A DNA stretch of 64,000 nucleotides from Octopus vulgaris (Eukaryota). Each line of letters starts with the position of its first letter. Position 1 is the stretch's first letter. The position numbers and the translations under genes were made by a program. Below, one piece after another: positions 24,411 to 37,735 of this stretch. Location: assembly GCA_951406725.2 (NCBI GenBank), contig OX597814.1, positions 51,832,001 through 51,896,000 of the forward strand, written 5' to 3'. Under the pieces are notes generated by a model. The model saw only the letters and a program-made list of their open reading frames with translations. It ran no database searches and was not told where the DNA came from.

Positions 24411-27400
24411 CATATTGTTTAAGCGGATCAAATGTAAACTATAGATTTGATAAGAAAAATGTATACCTATTCACAAAAGAACAAGATTTCATTTTAATAT
24501 TCAATGAATCTTTGAACTTTAAAACGGATATTAGCTAAAAAGTTCAAATTTTTTAGTAAATTGGAATTGCTAGAAAGCCTTTCTTTTTCATGATAGAATA
24601 CACATTAAATAAAACAAAGTCAGTTGTCAAATGTTGCCTGGGATTTCAGTATGTGGACATGGAGTCCATATGTGTGGGGACATAGATATAAATCAGACAA
24701 GATGATAAATAGCTTCAGTATGTTAATGGATGAAGGTGGGTTTTTTTCCCAAATTTGTCATAATTATACTTGAGATAAAAATACTAGAAATGGATCTAAA
24801 TAAGCATTTTTTAATGAAAAGACATATATGTAGGTATCAAAAATTACTTTAGTTTAAATGCATAATAAAGTCCAAAGTAACTGGTGGTGGTCTGCATTGA
24901 CAAAACTTTTGAAATGAAGTACATGACTTTGAATAAGTTTATGTCATGGGCAGAGGTGGGAATATATCATTTCAGGGCTGACACTTCATTTGGTACAAAA
25001 TAAATTTATCAACTAGTTGGAAAATTTATTTTCTCACAAATGAATGGTCAGTCCTGAGATGTTAGATTCCTCTTCCCCTTTGACAATACAAACATATCCA
25101 AAACCATGTTCTTTGGGTTAAATAATCAACCCTACAAAGTGAAGGTTAAAATAAAAGTGAACAGAATTGAAAGTTAACTTAGCACAAGGATATATAACAG
25201 GAGGAGAACATAGGAAAAAGTGATAGAAATTGATACGGAAGCTATTTAAAGAATATATTGCAATTGCTAGTTGGAAATAATGAAGGACTTACATAAGTTA
25301 GAGATATTCTTTTTGAGCAATTGGTAAGGCTAAAAAAATATTGCTAGTAAGTTCAAAGAATTATGTGAGGTTTTTATGATATTGAGTTAAGAAGACATGA
25401 ATAAAATTGTGTATCATTCTTACTTGTATGCATAGCCACCTTGGTTATGTAAAATATATCTATAAAGTAAGTCCTTTGAAATCAAACAATCTTGTTATGG
25501 ACTAGAGGTGTAAGATGTAAATATAATCAATGTCATAGGGTTTAATGTGAGAAAGGCAATTCCGGATCATTGCTACTGCATGATAAAGTGTTTTGTATAG
25601 ATTTTACGAAGAGAGTTCCAAGATGGAATAGGAAATGTACGTTTGAATGAGACAGTCAAAATACAAGTTATGCAAAAAGTTTTGAAGAACAGTCTAGTAG
25701 CAACACAAGTGGCACAGAGAAGATATATAAATGGACAATATACCAGAGGTAGTTTTTAAAGATGAGTTTACCTTCAAAGTAGCTATCTTTATACCATCTT
25801 AAAATAAACTTAGTGAGATTTTCATAGATATTAGAGTAGTTGTCCTTACAGAATCTATTATGAAAAACTATGCCAGTTAAGACTGAAATAGAAAATACTT
25901 TCATTAAATGCTCTATACATAATTGAAAAAGTTTCTATTGTAATTTAATTAGTATCCAAAATATATGCTTCTGGGTAAATGTAGTGGTGCAGATTCATAA
26001 ATTATTAAACTGCAGAATGTTATCCCTAGAGATCATGGCAGGTTGAATTTCAATTATTGTACTTAAATTAGAGTTCAAAAGTATATGAAGTTCTCTTTGT
26101 ATGTTGTTTATAGTTACTATATAAATGTAGACTAACATAAAGAGAAATTCATATTCCACTAAGGAAAACAATTTATATCAATAGCTGTTGACATTTAACA
26201 GTTACAGAACACACAAATGCGCTGATAGCAGTTATGGTTATATTATTAGATTTGATATGTTACACAAACTTAAATTCATTGCATTCCAGTAATTTATTTT
26301 TTTTATTTTCATCTGAGATATGAATTAAATATTTTTAATGTATTTGAGTGTATGTGTGTGATATTTTTAGAGAAGAGAACAAAAATATATTTTATTAAAA
26401 TATCTAAATATAACCTTTCGGATTAAAGATGGGCTAAATATAACCTTTCCAATTTAAGGTTGACTAATAAAATTAAATTTTACAAAACACAAGAAATATA
26501 ATAGCTCCAGTATCAAGGAAACTTAACCCTTATCAGAGAATAATTTCCTAAAAGTATGTTAAATGTTTATTATAATAAAATAGTTTGCAAAGTATATTAT
26601 AGTTATTTTCACATGCACACATTTAAGTTGTGAACTTCATGACAATGTTAAATTGGATAAACATGGAACATACTATGATAAGAAATTATGATCAATAAAG
26701 GTTAAGAAGTAACATTCTTGTTCAAATATTTTAAAATTAAATATAAATTTTTATCTCAATTCGTAAAGTGCAAGTTTTGAAGGTCGGTTAAAATAAAGTA
26801 GTTAAAGAAACAAAAAGAAGAAAATAACAAATGGAGTTCAAAAATATTAAGTCAAAGCTAAGAACAAATCATTAATTCTTACTGAAAGAAAGCTATCAAA
26901 TGACTATACCTCAGATAGTTACAATCAATACAGAAACCAACCCACCTGAGATTGCCTCTGTTTCTGACAGGACTGTTCATTTTACTATGTGAACCTATAA
27001 TGTTCATATTCCATTATAATTTTATGCTACATTCCAGGCACCAACTTAATAATGATAAAGTTTGTTATTTTACTACAGCCATCCAAGTTCTTGATTTGGT
27101 TTTGGGTTCAGTTCCACTGTGTGGCACGTTGGACAAATGTCTTCTACTATAGCCTTGGGCTGACCACCAAAGCTTTGTAACTGAATTTGTTAGACTGAAA
27201 GACACTCATCATATATATCTGTATGTGTTTTTTTTTACAACTGATGTTGGTTTACATCCCTATAAATAATTTCAGTGAAAAGTACCAAACTCATAGATAA
27301 GTACCAAGGTCAATTTATTTGACTAAACCCTTCAAGTCAGTGCATCAACATGGCCACAGTTCAATGACTGAAACAAGTAAAAGATAAAAGATGTATAGAG

Positions 27401-30400
27401 ATAAAAATATTGCTATGAAAGAGTTAAGAGGTAAATGATAGAACAACAGATTTAATAAATGTATAAAACAAATCATTTTTGAAGGCTGGGTGTATGGGGA
27501 ATTTGTAAAAGAAGCAAAGGAATTATGTTAGAGAGATAAAATTACAGTATTGTTGAGTTCAAGAGTGGTAAAAGAGACATTAATAATAATTCATAATCTG
27601 GTTTGTATGTGAATGTAAGACTAACATAACATGTGTGAAAGTTATAGAAATTAAGAAGATTTTATACAGTGATTTTGTTTTTTAAATACATTAGCAAGTT
27701 TTCTTTTACTATGACATTATGATGACATGTTCTGTAAAAACAAAATGGATATAAGGTTGAAAATACAGGCAAATATAATCAGCTCCAATTTCTGACACTC
27801 AATAGAACTCCCTTACCTGAAATGTTTGCAAGGTGGTGCAAGAATAGAAATATGTCTGTGGTTCATGTAGCAAGTATATCAATGCCTCACAGTCTTAGCC
27901 ATATGGCTCTTACAATGAGTATCAGTGGGCCAGGTGGACTGGCTTACAGATCTATTTTGACACAAAATAATAACTTCAAAGTGTACCTCAATATATAAGG
28001 TGTCTAGCAGCTCACTCCAACAAACATGAGATACCTATCATTTTGAGAACAGTTATTAGGAGTTCAATTCTATGCTGAAGCTTGCCCAGCTTCAATACCT
28101 CAAACAGCTCATTGTGCAGGCTCTTCCGATTATCTACATAAAGTCCTTTGTTGATGGAATGCTCACAATAGGATCAGGCTCAGGACATTGGTTGGAAATT
28201 GTCCTACAATATAATACACATGGACTAAATGGTCATTGAATTCTGTCCTCAGAGCAAAGACATCTTCCAGTCATACCTATGTGGTAAACAACTTTATTTA
28301 AGGATAGCACATATAAAGGGACCTAGTAAATGTGGGCTAAAAGAATGCTTGCTCTGATTTCACATGACTCAGAAGCTGATCTCAGTCATATCTTTCAGCA
28401 GTCCTGAAACTATGAAAGCCAGATAAATTGCAGTAGTTACACTATTTTTTAAATGGTGAACTAATCTACCAGCAATTCATGGTGTTAACAATACAATCAA
28501 GAACCTAATTTTTCACACCCTCCTTGATACCCCTCTAGGAATAAATGAATGTATAACAACATTACATATTCTTCTGTCTAAGAACCAAGTTTATAACTAT
28601 CTACAGTTTTTAGGAATCAACCTTAAGTACCAACAGAAAGGTAAAAGATAAGTTTTACAGAGCCAACTTTGAAAACTCATTTTGGTGACTTCAATTCAAT
28701 AAATAAACAAAGGGTTAGTAAAATGATCTAAAATTACCTGTGTTTTCTCACTTTCTACTCAGAGAATAAATTGTATATCACAAACATTTTATCAAGAATA
28801 TATGTACAAAACATTGTGGAGGCAGATTGATATAAGAAGTGATCATCTTTTGGTTACATTATTATTTGATAAAGGGACTTTCAGGACAGTCTAATGATTT
28901 AGACCATGTAGAGGGCTCGATGCTTGATGGATTATCAGATGATATGTTAAAAAATGTGCATTTCAGTTCATTCTACATTCAGCACATGAAACACTTTAAC
29001 ACTGCTTCATTAGCTAATCAAAATATTAGTCAAATCAAGTCAAAACATTACCATATATTCACTATTGAGGTCTTTGAATATCTTTTCTTAACCTTTTCCA
29101 TCATTCTTGATTTTGGGCTGTTTTTATGCAATCTGATGTTCTTATTCCAGTTCATATCTGAATATCATTGAGCTAGTCTTTCCTTTTGCCATCTATTTTT
29201 CCAGACATGATTATATTTGCAAGCAACCTAGTCATTTTACTATTGTGACTGAAATACTGCATTTTTCTTTGACATGCTATTTCTGTCAGTCTTTCTTTTT
29301 ACCTAATTAATGCATTAAGTTATTCTAAGACTGACTGGTTTGTCTGCGATTCCTGTTAAGTAATGCCAACAATTCTGAAAGCACCTCATCTTGAATACTG
29401 ACAATTTCATCGTTGTCATTATTTAGCATCTATTTTCCATGCTGGCATGGGTTCTCCATGCTATTTGAGCATGTCTATGTCTCCCATCCATACAAAACAA
29501 TTGCACTTATCATAGATTGTATTAGCCATAGCTTGTTACTCATTGTAATGTTTTTGCTGTTCCAGATCTTTGATCGCTAATTGTTCTATTTCAATTCACG
29601 TCTGTATCTCAGTTCTTTCATCCCCATAACCCAAATTCTCCTCACCATATTTCTTGAATAAATATCTAATCTCCTAATATCAAATAATTCACTTTTAGGA
29701 CAGGCTAACAGATCAACATTGTCTGGAAATCTTAAGGGTGCAATTAATCTTCTGCCAATCCTGTGCCTTCAGAATCTTCTTGGGTACCAGTCAGGATTTG
29801 TTCAAGAAATATGTTGAAAAGTCCTGGTTATAATAGGCAGCAGCTTTGTCCCAGTTCAACATTTGCTTCATCTTTGCATTATTTCCTTGTCTTCCAGAAC
29901 TGCACCAAATACTTTTCTTGCATAGTTGTCTCAGTGTTCCAATCAATTACTATGAAATGTCACACTTTTACAGTGCTCCTCTCCAGACCTTGGTTTTCAT
30001 TTCAATTATCTGTTTTACAAGCATTGAAACCTTTCTAGAACCCTGCAAGAAGGGTTTAACAGAAATCAGATGGAAATGGACATACCAAATTGCCAAAGAT
30101 GGGCTAAATAGAGAATAGTTTCATTGAAGACAAAAATAATAACATGCTGATATATAGAACATGAACTGAGGAAAGATGGACAATATGTGAAGGGACTATA
30201 TTAGTATTCCATTAGAAGAGATTTAACATTATGTACACTCTGGGATAAGAAAGACCAGAAGAAGGTTTAGAGCCATATATTCTTAAAAGTAAAGTAGTGG
30301 GGAAGCAATAAAACATTTGAAAAATCAACAAAACAATAATAGGTTGTAAACTATCCTAGCAAAATATTACTAGAGTACTAAATTATCTAAAATTGCATGC

Positions 30401-30699
30401 ACAAAGGATAATTGCTGAAAAAAGAAGCAAGATTCTAATAATGTGTTACAAAATACAATTTCTCAAAATTAGCATGGTGGAAAATCTTAATACTCCAGAA
30501 CTTGTACCAAATGTTGATACAAAACATGTTACAACATGTTACAAAATGAAATTGACAGACTATGTCATATGTAACCCAATCACTAATAAAGAACAAGTTC
30601 TACAATGTGCTTAAAACAGTAAATGGACCTTAGCTGTGCACAGTTGACTTGGTACACTTTTATACTCTTATAATGAACAAATCTTAATAAAAAATGAGG

Positions 30700-32300
30700 G
30701 GTAAATTCTTGAATGATGAGGTGAGCACTTCTGTTTCCTATTCAATATGGGGTAATTCTACCAACAATCTACAAGTGAAAAACTCCTTGAAATTTTCTTT
30801 GATCCAATACTAAATGAAATACAGACAGCAATTCAAAACCTGGAAAACTGAAAATTCCCTGACACATAATATTCCAAATGAAATTTACAAATATGGCAGT
30901 GTAAGTTTAGTAACCAGAATTAATGAAATTATTACTATATGTTAAAAGAACTCTATAATTCTTTTATGTTGGAAATGCACTAACAGTGTCGCTGTATATA
31001 AGAGAGAGCTGATATTAGAAACAGTCAAGATATATCTCTTTTTTTTTTGATGTGGCAGAAAAAAATCTTGGAATTAGAGGGGAAAATTTTTCAACACTGT
31101 TCAGAGATTTTCTAAAGTTTCACTGTAAGTTTTGAGTCAAAACACAGCTGATATATTCATTTCTTGTCTCTTTGTCATGAATCATTGAAAATGACAATGA
31201 GATATGTACTTTGCCTTTATAGACCTTACCAAAGCTTCTCATAGTCAACAGAAATATTTTGTGATGTGTTTTACAGGGATGTGGTTATCCACCAAAATTC
31301 CTCTGACTTCTGTGACAGTTTCAAGAAAGGATGTGAACTTGGATAATATTTGAAAGAATCCAAAACATTTGATGCTAATGTTAGAGTGAAGCAAGTTTGT
31401 GTTCTTGTCTCTGTGCCCTTCAACATGTTTATAATTCATTGCCACTCTTCTCACAAGTAGATATCAATTCAGTTGATGGTATTCGAATCTGTTATTGTTC
31501 AGATGGTGTTTTTAGTAATCTCCGTAGAGTTAAAGTAAGGTTCAAAACACTGTTTGAACTCCAGTATATGGGTGATTCAGCTGCTGTTCCATATCAGCTA
31601 CAATTGCTTTAGAATAGTATAATATCAGCATCAAATACTTACCAATGTGTCAGAATTAAAAATTAATTGTTAAAAAGAAAAAAAAAAACTGAAGTCAATG
31701 CTGCAAGTACCTGAGGAAAAACAAATTCTGTGCAATTGTTCATTGATGATACTTTGCTTCAAAATGCACATCACATCACTTGGAAGTATCGTTGTCAGTT
31801 TGGGAACATGTATATGAAGAAATTCAAAACTCCACGTTTTCTTCCTCGGCATTATAAAAGAACTATTTTATAATTAGGGCCTCTGACTGCACACAACGCT
31901 GGGAATATAGAGTAGTTTGCATTTGAATTTTTTTGAGTGGCTGTGAAACTTGGACTCTATCATTGACATGTCAAGATTCTTGATTTATTTTACATCCACT
32001 CCCTCCAATACTTTTGGGGGTAATATGGAGGGACGAGATCTCTTACGGGCTATCTTGAAAACAATTCTGTGTGTTGTAAAAGTGAGGTACAAAGAGCACA
32101 TTAAAAAAGCAATGAAGGCATGCTGCAAACTTCCTGACTCACAACTGAATAGTTGTCTCAGTATGGAATCACTTCAGAGTGTATCTCCCACTTTGAGAAA
32201 GATGTATGACCTCAAGGGAGAAAAAAAAAGAATGTCACCAATGACAACATCAAGACAAGGAATCAACAACAATCTCATTTGTCGAATATCTAATCATTGA
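30700..32300 (+). mobile_element. Highly degraded RTE-like LINE (RT remnant)
   Basis: AFIDLTKA at about 31213-31236, YMGD near 31566 (YADD-like), and a PNEIYKYG-like segment at about 30874. Many stops. Confidence 0.6.
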
Positions 32301-35300
32301 CAACAGGATTAGCTTTATAATCATCTGTCATGTGACAAGTCATCAACAAAGAAGAAAAGGAAACATCATTATGTGTTAAGATGGGCTATTCAAGGATATG
32401 ATGAATCGTTTATAAACAAAGAAAAGTTAATAGTAGAGAATGTTTGATAAACCCATGTGTATGACAATAAAAGAAGAAAGCTAGATTGTCTTGGAATTCA
32501 GTCAAAGGTTTGAATAAGTAAATGCTAAATCCCACTGCATATGAAGAAGAGGTGTGGGTTAAAGTGTATATGGGAGGGAAAAAAGGGGATAGTGTATTTA
32601 CAGAGAGGTTCAAAGTGCACAGCTTGTATATGATTTGATCTGGCTGATCAAAATGTAAACTTAAAACCCTGCAAAAAAATTGATTTTTCAATAATAAAAA
32701 TTACCTTGATAAGTAAACTTATTGATTTGAAACCAAATTTATAGCTAAAAATAGAAAATACCACTTTACGTGACCAAGAAAAAAACTAAAGATTTCTGAA
32801 ATTTCTAAACAGCTAGCAACATGTATATTACAAAAGTAAAATATTTTTTTTCAGTTAATACTGATTACAATTCACACAGCAGGAATAAATTTAAGGTAGT
32901 TTGAAGAAACATGGTAGATGAGTAACAATTTAATGATAGAAAATATGAGAAATTCAAAGCTATATAAGTCTAGACTATATAGTTCAGATAGTTTGAATTA
33001 GCATTTAGCCTCAGAGGATATTTTTAACTGCTCTCCACTGAATAATGAAGAAAGTGTAAATATATATATAAAGATGGATAAAACGTATAAATTGCAAAAA
33101 AATTTACTATTATGGTAAGTAAAATCATATCTTTTGCATATACATACATACACACGTGTATGTGTGTGTAATGTGCATGGGCACATACAAAAACCTAACT
33201 ATATACATTTCTCCTTTTTAATGACATTATTTAATCAAATAAGCTATTTGAATATCTGATTTTGTTTACTAGAATAGCATTTTTTTAAAGCAATTTCATA
33301 TAGCTTAGCCATCTTGGAAAATGCCTACATCCAACATAACTAAAGATTCCAATAGCTCAGCAAACTCATTCTCAGGTATAAATGTAACATCATGCAGTAA
33401 GAACTTTGCCAATCAATCACTGGTTGTCTATTTAAAGCTGTAAATGGCTGTAGTACATCTACACTTACAGTTTTCATCTCAAGTCCTGAACCCTCATCTT
33501 GTCCAGAATATTAGTTGTGCTGGTACCACATTAAAAGCACTGGTGCTGGTGCCATATTAAAATTACTCATTACACACTGTAAAGTGGTTGGTTTTAAGAA
33601 GGGCAATGAGCCATAGAAACCATGCCAGAACAGACAATGGAGTCTGGTGCAGCCCCTGCATTACCAGCTCCTGTTAAACTGTCCAACCATGCCAGCATGA
33701 AAAAAAAAGGACATTAAATGATGATGATGCTGTTCAGAGACATACCTTCCCTCAGTCACCTAGCATATCTTAAACATCTTGCATCTCAGGGCTTCAATAT
33801 CTAGCAGCTGACTTAGTAAAACTTGCAAGATTCCTCACCATCTTTTCCAATAATTTTGATCACCATTTTGAATTCAACATCTGCCATACATGCTTATAAA
33901 ATCCCACTCAGAATTGTCAAAGTATGGAATATACTATCTACATTTGTTCTTAACTGTCAGGACACTACATCCTTAAAAAACTCCATACTTTCTGAAATTT
34001 GCTAACATTACCCCTGATGTGTCGGTGCACCCTTTCTCTTTATGACCCATTTACTGTTCACCTTTGTTGTTTTGTGTTTTATATTATGCAGAAGGCATGT
34101 AATTTTTGGCTATTACTGCTGCTTTCTGTCCTCTCTTTTTATCCTTTTCTGACAACTTGTAGTGCACTTGAGCATTGTATATAACACACTCATTATTATT
34201 ATTAAACAATAATACATATATTACATCAGTATGTACTAAAATATTAATAAATGTTATTGCATCAATAATTACAAAAACAGAAACAAGTTTATTATAGTAA
34301 ATAGAACAGATATTATGTCTAATAAAAAACAAACTATGTAGACAATGTTTATATGAACCAAAAATCATCTAGACTACATAACAGATAGACATAAAAAGAC
34401 TTCAAAAAACAGAACATGACAAACATTAAATCTAATCTCAAACAAGCATTAATATATTACAAAAATAGGAAATTTAAATGTCTTTTCATTAACAACAAAC
34501 CTGCAAGCCACTAAGCAAAACTTCAAATAACCATATGGAACCATTAAAGTTGGACAACCAAATAACATACTTTATTGCTGTCTGACTATGCATCTACAAC
34601 AAAGTACTGGTTTAATATCTTATCTTGCACAACAAAAAAACAAGGTAGATAGGAAAAGAACAGAGCCTAAAAGAGAAGGCTCCAAATAGTTCTCCAGCCT
34701 GCTAGAAATAGCAGCCAAATACCCCTCAAATTGCACTCGTCTTAAAGAATACAAGATATGTTGGATACAGTAGTACTAGATATATTATTTAAAAATAAGA
34801 TGGTAAAGTTATGACAAGATCATTGCTGATCATAAGTCACTCAATCAGGACTGACCTGGGTTTAACACTAGCATTTAAGCCAGCTATATCTGACCCATAT
34901 ATTCTAACTGTTTTATCTTCAAACTGACCAGATCTGGCCTCTCACATCTATGCTACAATGTCATTCTAAAAATAGTCACGTCATTGAAATCTCGAAACTT
35001 CAAAGCATTACATTTGATGATAATAAGAATATTAAAAAAATTAAACAATAATAGATGAAAAAAAAAACAATAACAACAAATATTCTTACATTTTACTGAT
35101 TAGCTGCAAAACTGTAGACATGGAAACTATATTAACAACTAAATATAATAGAAAACATAATTGATGCAGCATCTTAGTAACAAACTAAAGCCAGGAATAC
35201 AGATAGATGAGATGGATTTGTTGGGAAGCAGAGCAGAGCCTGGTTCTTGTTGGATAGCACAGAAATGAATTAGCAACTCTAGGTGAGGTACTGAGTAGGA

Positions 35301-35468
35301 CACCCCAATGCAGTACAGGACAGCTAAATAGCGATTTACAGTACTTAAATGGCTGAAGCATTGGTGAAGTCTAATGTGCTGTTAATAATGTTCCAGTATT
35401 GGCAGTGAGATACTTTGCAGTTGATATTCTTTCTGTCTGTCTTTGACTCGCCCCCTCTCTCTGTTTTT

Positions 35469-35520
<52 letters not shown>

Positions 35521-35593
35521 CAAAAAGTAAAATTTACCACCACTTAAAAGTGGATGTTGTTAGCAATATTTACTGAGAGAAACTCTCATATGG

Positions 35594-35830
35594 ATAAGGC
35601 AGCGAGCTGGCAGAAATGTTAGCACGCCGGGCGAAATGCTTTGCAGTATTTCACCTGCCGTTATGTTCTGAGTTCAAATTCCGCCAATGTCGACTATGCC
35701 TTTCATCCTTTTGGGGTCAATTAAATAAGTACCAGTTACGTACTGGGGTCGATGTAATCAACTTACTCCGTTTGTCTGTCCTTGTTTGTCCCCTATGTGT
35801 TTAGCCCCTTGTGGGCAGTAAAGAAATAAA
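35594..35830 (+). mobile_element. Young SINE family B inserted with a 10-bp TSD (TCTCATATGG) into a MITE
   Basis: TCTCATATGG at 35584-35593 and 35835-35844 flanks a CpG-rich, full-length SINE with an A-rich tail. Confidence 0.88.
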
Positions 35831-36050
35831 AAATTCTCATATGGTTTTGAGGTGCATGTAAGCACACTTGTTTATAGTGCTAGTGGGAGACAATCACTGC
35901 CAGGATTAACAGATCACATGATTTTGGCCTTCTAAATGGTAGATACCTGATTACTGGAAATAGAAGTATCCATCCCGCTAGCAATATATGCTGGATCACA
36001 GTGCCAATCAAGCACTGGTGTTGCTAAAAGCCAGTTGGCTTATTAAAAAA

Positions 36051-36380
36051 TAATTAAAGCTACAAAAGCAATATTAATACCAAAAGGTAACATTTATCAC
36101 CACTTAAAAGTGGATGTTGTGTTAGAACACACAATACTGTGATATTTGCCATGAGAGAAGGCCATGAAAAAAAGACTGAAATCACATGATCTGGTAGCAG
36201 CATTGGCAGTGATTGTCCCCTGCTAGCAGTATAAATAAGAGTGCTTATATGTACCACAAAATCATGAGAGATTCTCTGATGGCAAATATTGCAGTATTCT
36301 GTGTTCTAACTCAGCATCTACATTTAAGTGGTGATAAATTTTACCATTTGGTATTGATACCACTTCTGTTGCTTTAATTA
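36051..36380. mobile_element. MITE with about 105-bp TIRs; a second, inverted partial copy at about 35521-35935
   Basis: taattaaagc..tttatcaccacttaaaagtggatg..gttagaacac..atatttgccat is the reverse complement of atggcaaatat..gtgttctaac..tttaagtggtgataaa..gctttaatta. Confidence 0.8.
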
Positions 36381-36564
36381 TATATATATTATATTAAATT
36401 AGAGATAAAACCACTATTAGGCAAATCAAACGGTGAAAATCATAAACCAATACATAGAAATAAAATTAATTAATTCTAGAGAGTATTGGAATATCCTTCA
36501 AAGATGAATTCCAAAATAGCAGTTCTAACTTACCTGTAAATTCCATAATTTACTCCCTAATATT

Positions 36565-36606
<42 letters not shown>

Positions 36607-36609
<3 letters not shown>

Positions 36610-36770
36610 TCCTACACTCTCAGAGTGGTTGGCGTTAGGAAGGGCATCCAGCTGTAGAAACTCTGTCAGATCAGATTGGAGCCTGGTGCAGCCATCTGGT
36701 TCACCAGTCCTCAGTCAAATCGTCCAACCCATACTAGCATAGAAAGTGGACATTAAACAATGATGATGAT
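36607..36770 (+). mobile_element. RTE-3'-tail-type short repeat
   Basis: gagtggttggcgttaggaagggcatccagctgtagaaac..(gat)n matches the 3' end of the RTE at 8-180. Confidence 0.85.
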
Positions 36771-37409
36771 ATATATATATATATATATATAATTTTGTTA
36801 GAGATTGCTGAACAAAGAAATTTTTGTTTTGTGGCACATCTCAGAATACAATAAGGAAATAAATTGAATTTAACAGTTTTGTCATTTTAATGGCTAAAAT
36901 AATTTTCATCCTGCAATACTTCCAGTTTCTAAGAAATCTTTGATAAAACAATCGTTTTTGAGTGAGACAGACAATGTCCATGTAATTATTTTTTTAATTA
37001 TAAGGATGATGAAATTGGAAGCTAAAGTTGTTAATGTATAAGTTAAAATGTTGCAGGGATAGAAAAGTAGTTTTAAAAGATGTAGTTTAGAAAACTCAGG
37101 TGGAGAAAAGTCAGGGTGAAATGACCAGAAGATGATCCATATGTGCATTTAGTAAGGTTGGGTTGCAAGTGGTTTGAAGTTGTTTTGCCTGAGGTTAACA
37201 CTGATCAAGCAGGCTTATGATCAATGGTGCCCCAACTCTGACTATTCTTTTTGTTAGACAGTGCATCCAGGATTACATTGTCCAATGTACCCTTTTTAAA
37301 AGATGGATGGAAATTGAGGAGGGTTTGGTTGATATTTCTAGCAGGTTGAATAACCATATAGAGGCTTCTTTGTTTTCTTGTCCTTTATGTGTTAGATAGG
37401 GCGCAGTTT

Positions 37410-37735
37410 ATCATCATCATCATCATCATTTAATGTCCGCTTTCCATGCTAGCATGGGTTGGACGATTTAACTGAATACTGCACCAGGTTCCAATCTTGA
37501 TCTGGCAGTTTCTACTGCTGGATGCTCTTCCTAACACCAACCACTTCGAGAGTGTAGTGGGTGCTTTTACGTGCCAGCGGCACGGGGGCCAGTCAGGCGG
37601 TACTGGCAACAACTTTGCTTGAATGTTTTTCACGTGCCAGTAAGGTGATCCTGTAAAGATCACACTCGAACGGTGCCTTTTACGTGACACCAGCACAGAA
37701 GCCAGATAGCCGCTCTGGCAACAATCACGCTCAGA
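37410..37735 (-). mobile_element. RTE-3'-tail-type short repeat
   Basis: (atc)n ttaatgtccgctttccatgctagcatgggttggacg.. is near-identical to 10-200. Confidence 0.85.

Noticed and set aside
27760-28620. Possible LTR-retrotransposon remnant
   Set aside because: The composition is suggestive, but I could not identify any motif.
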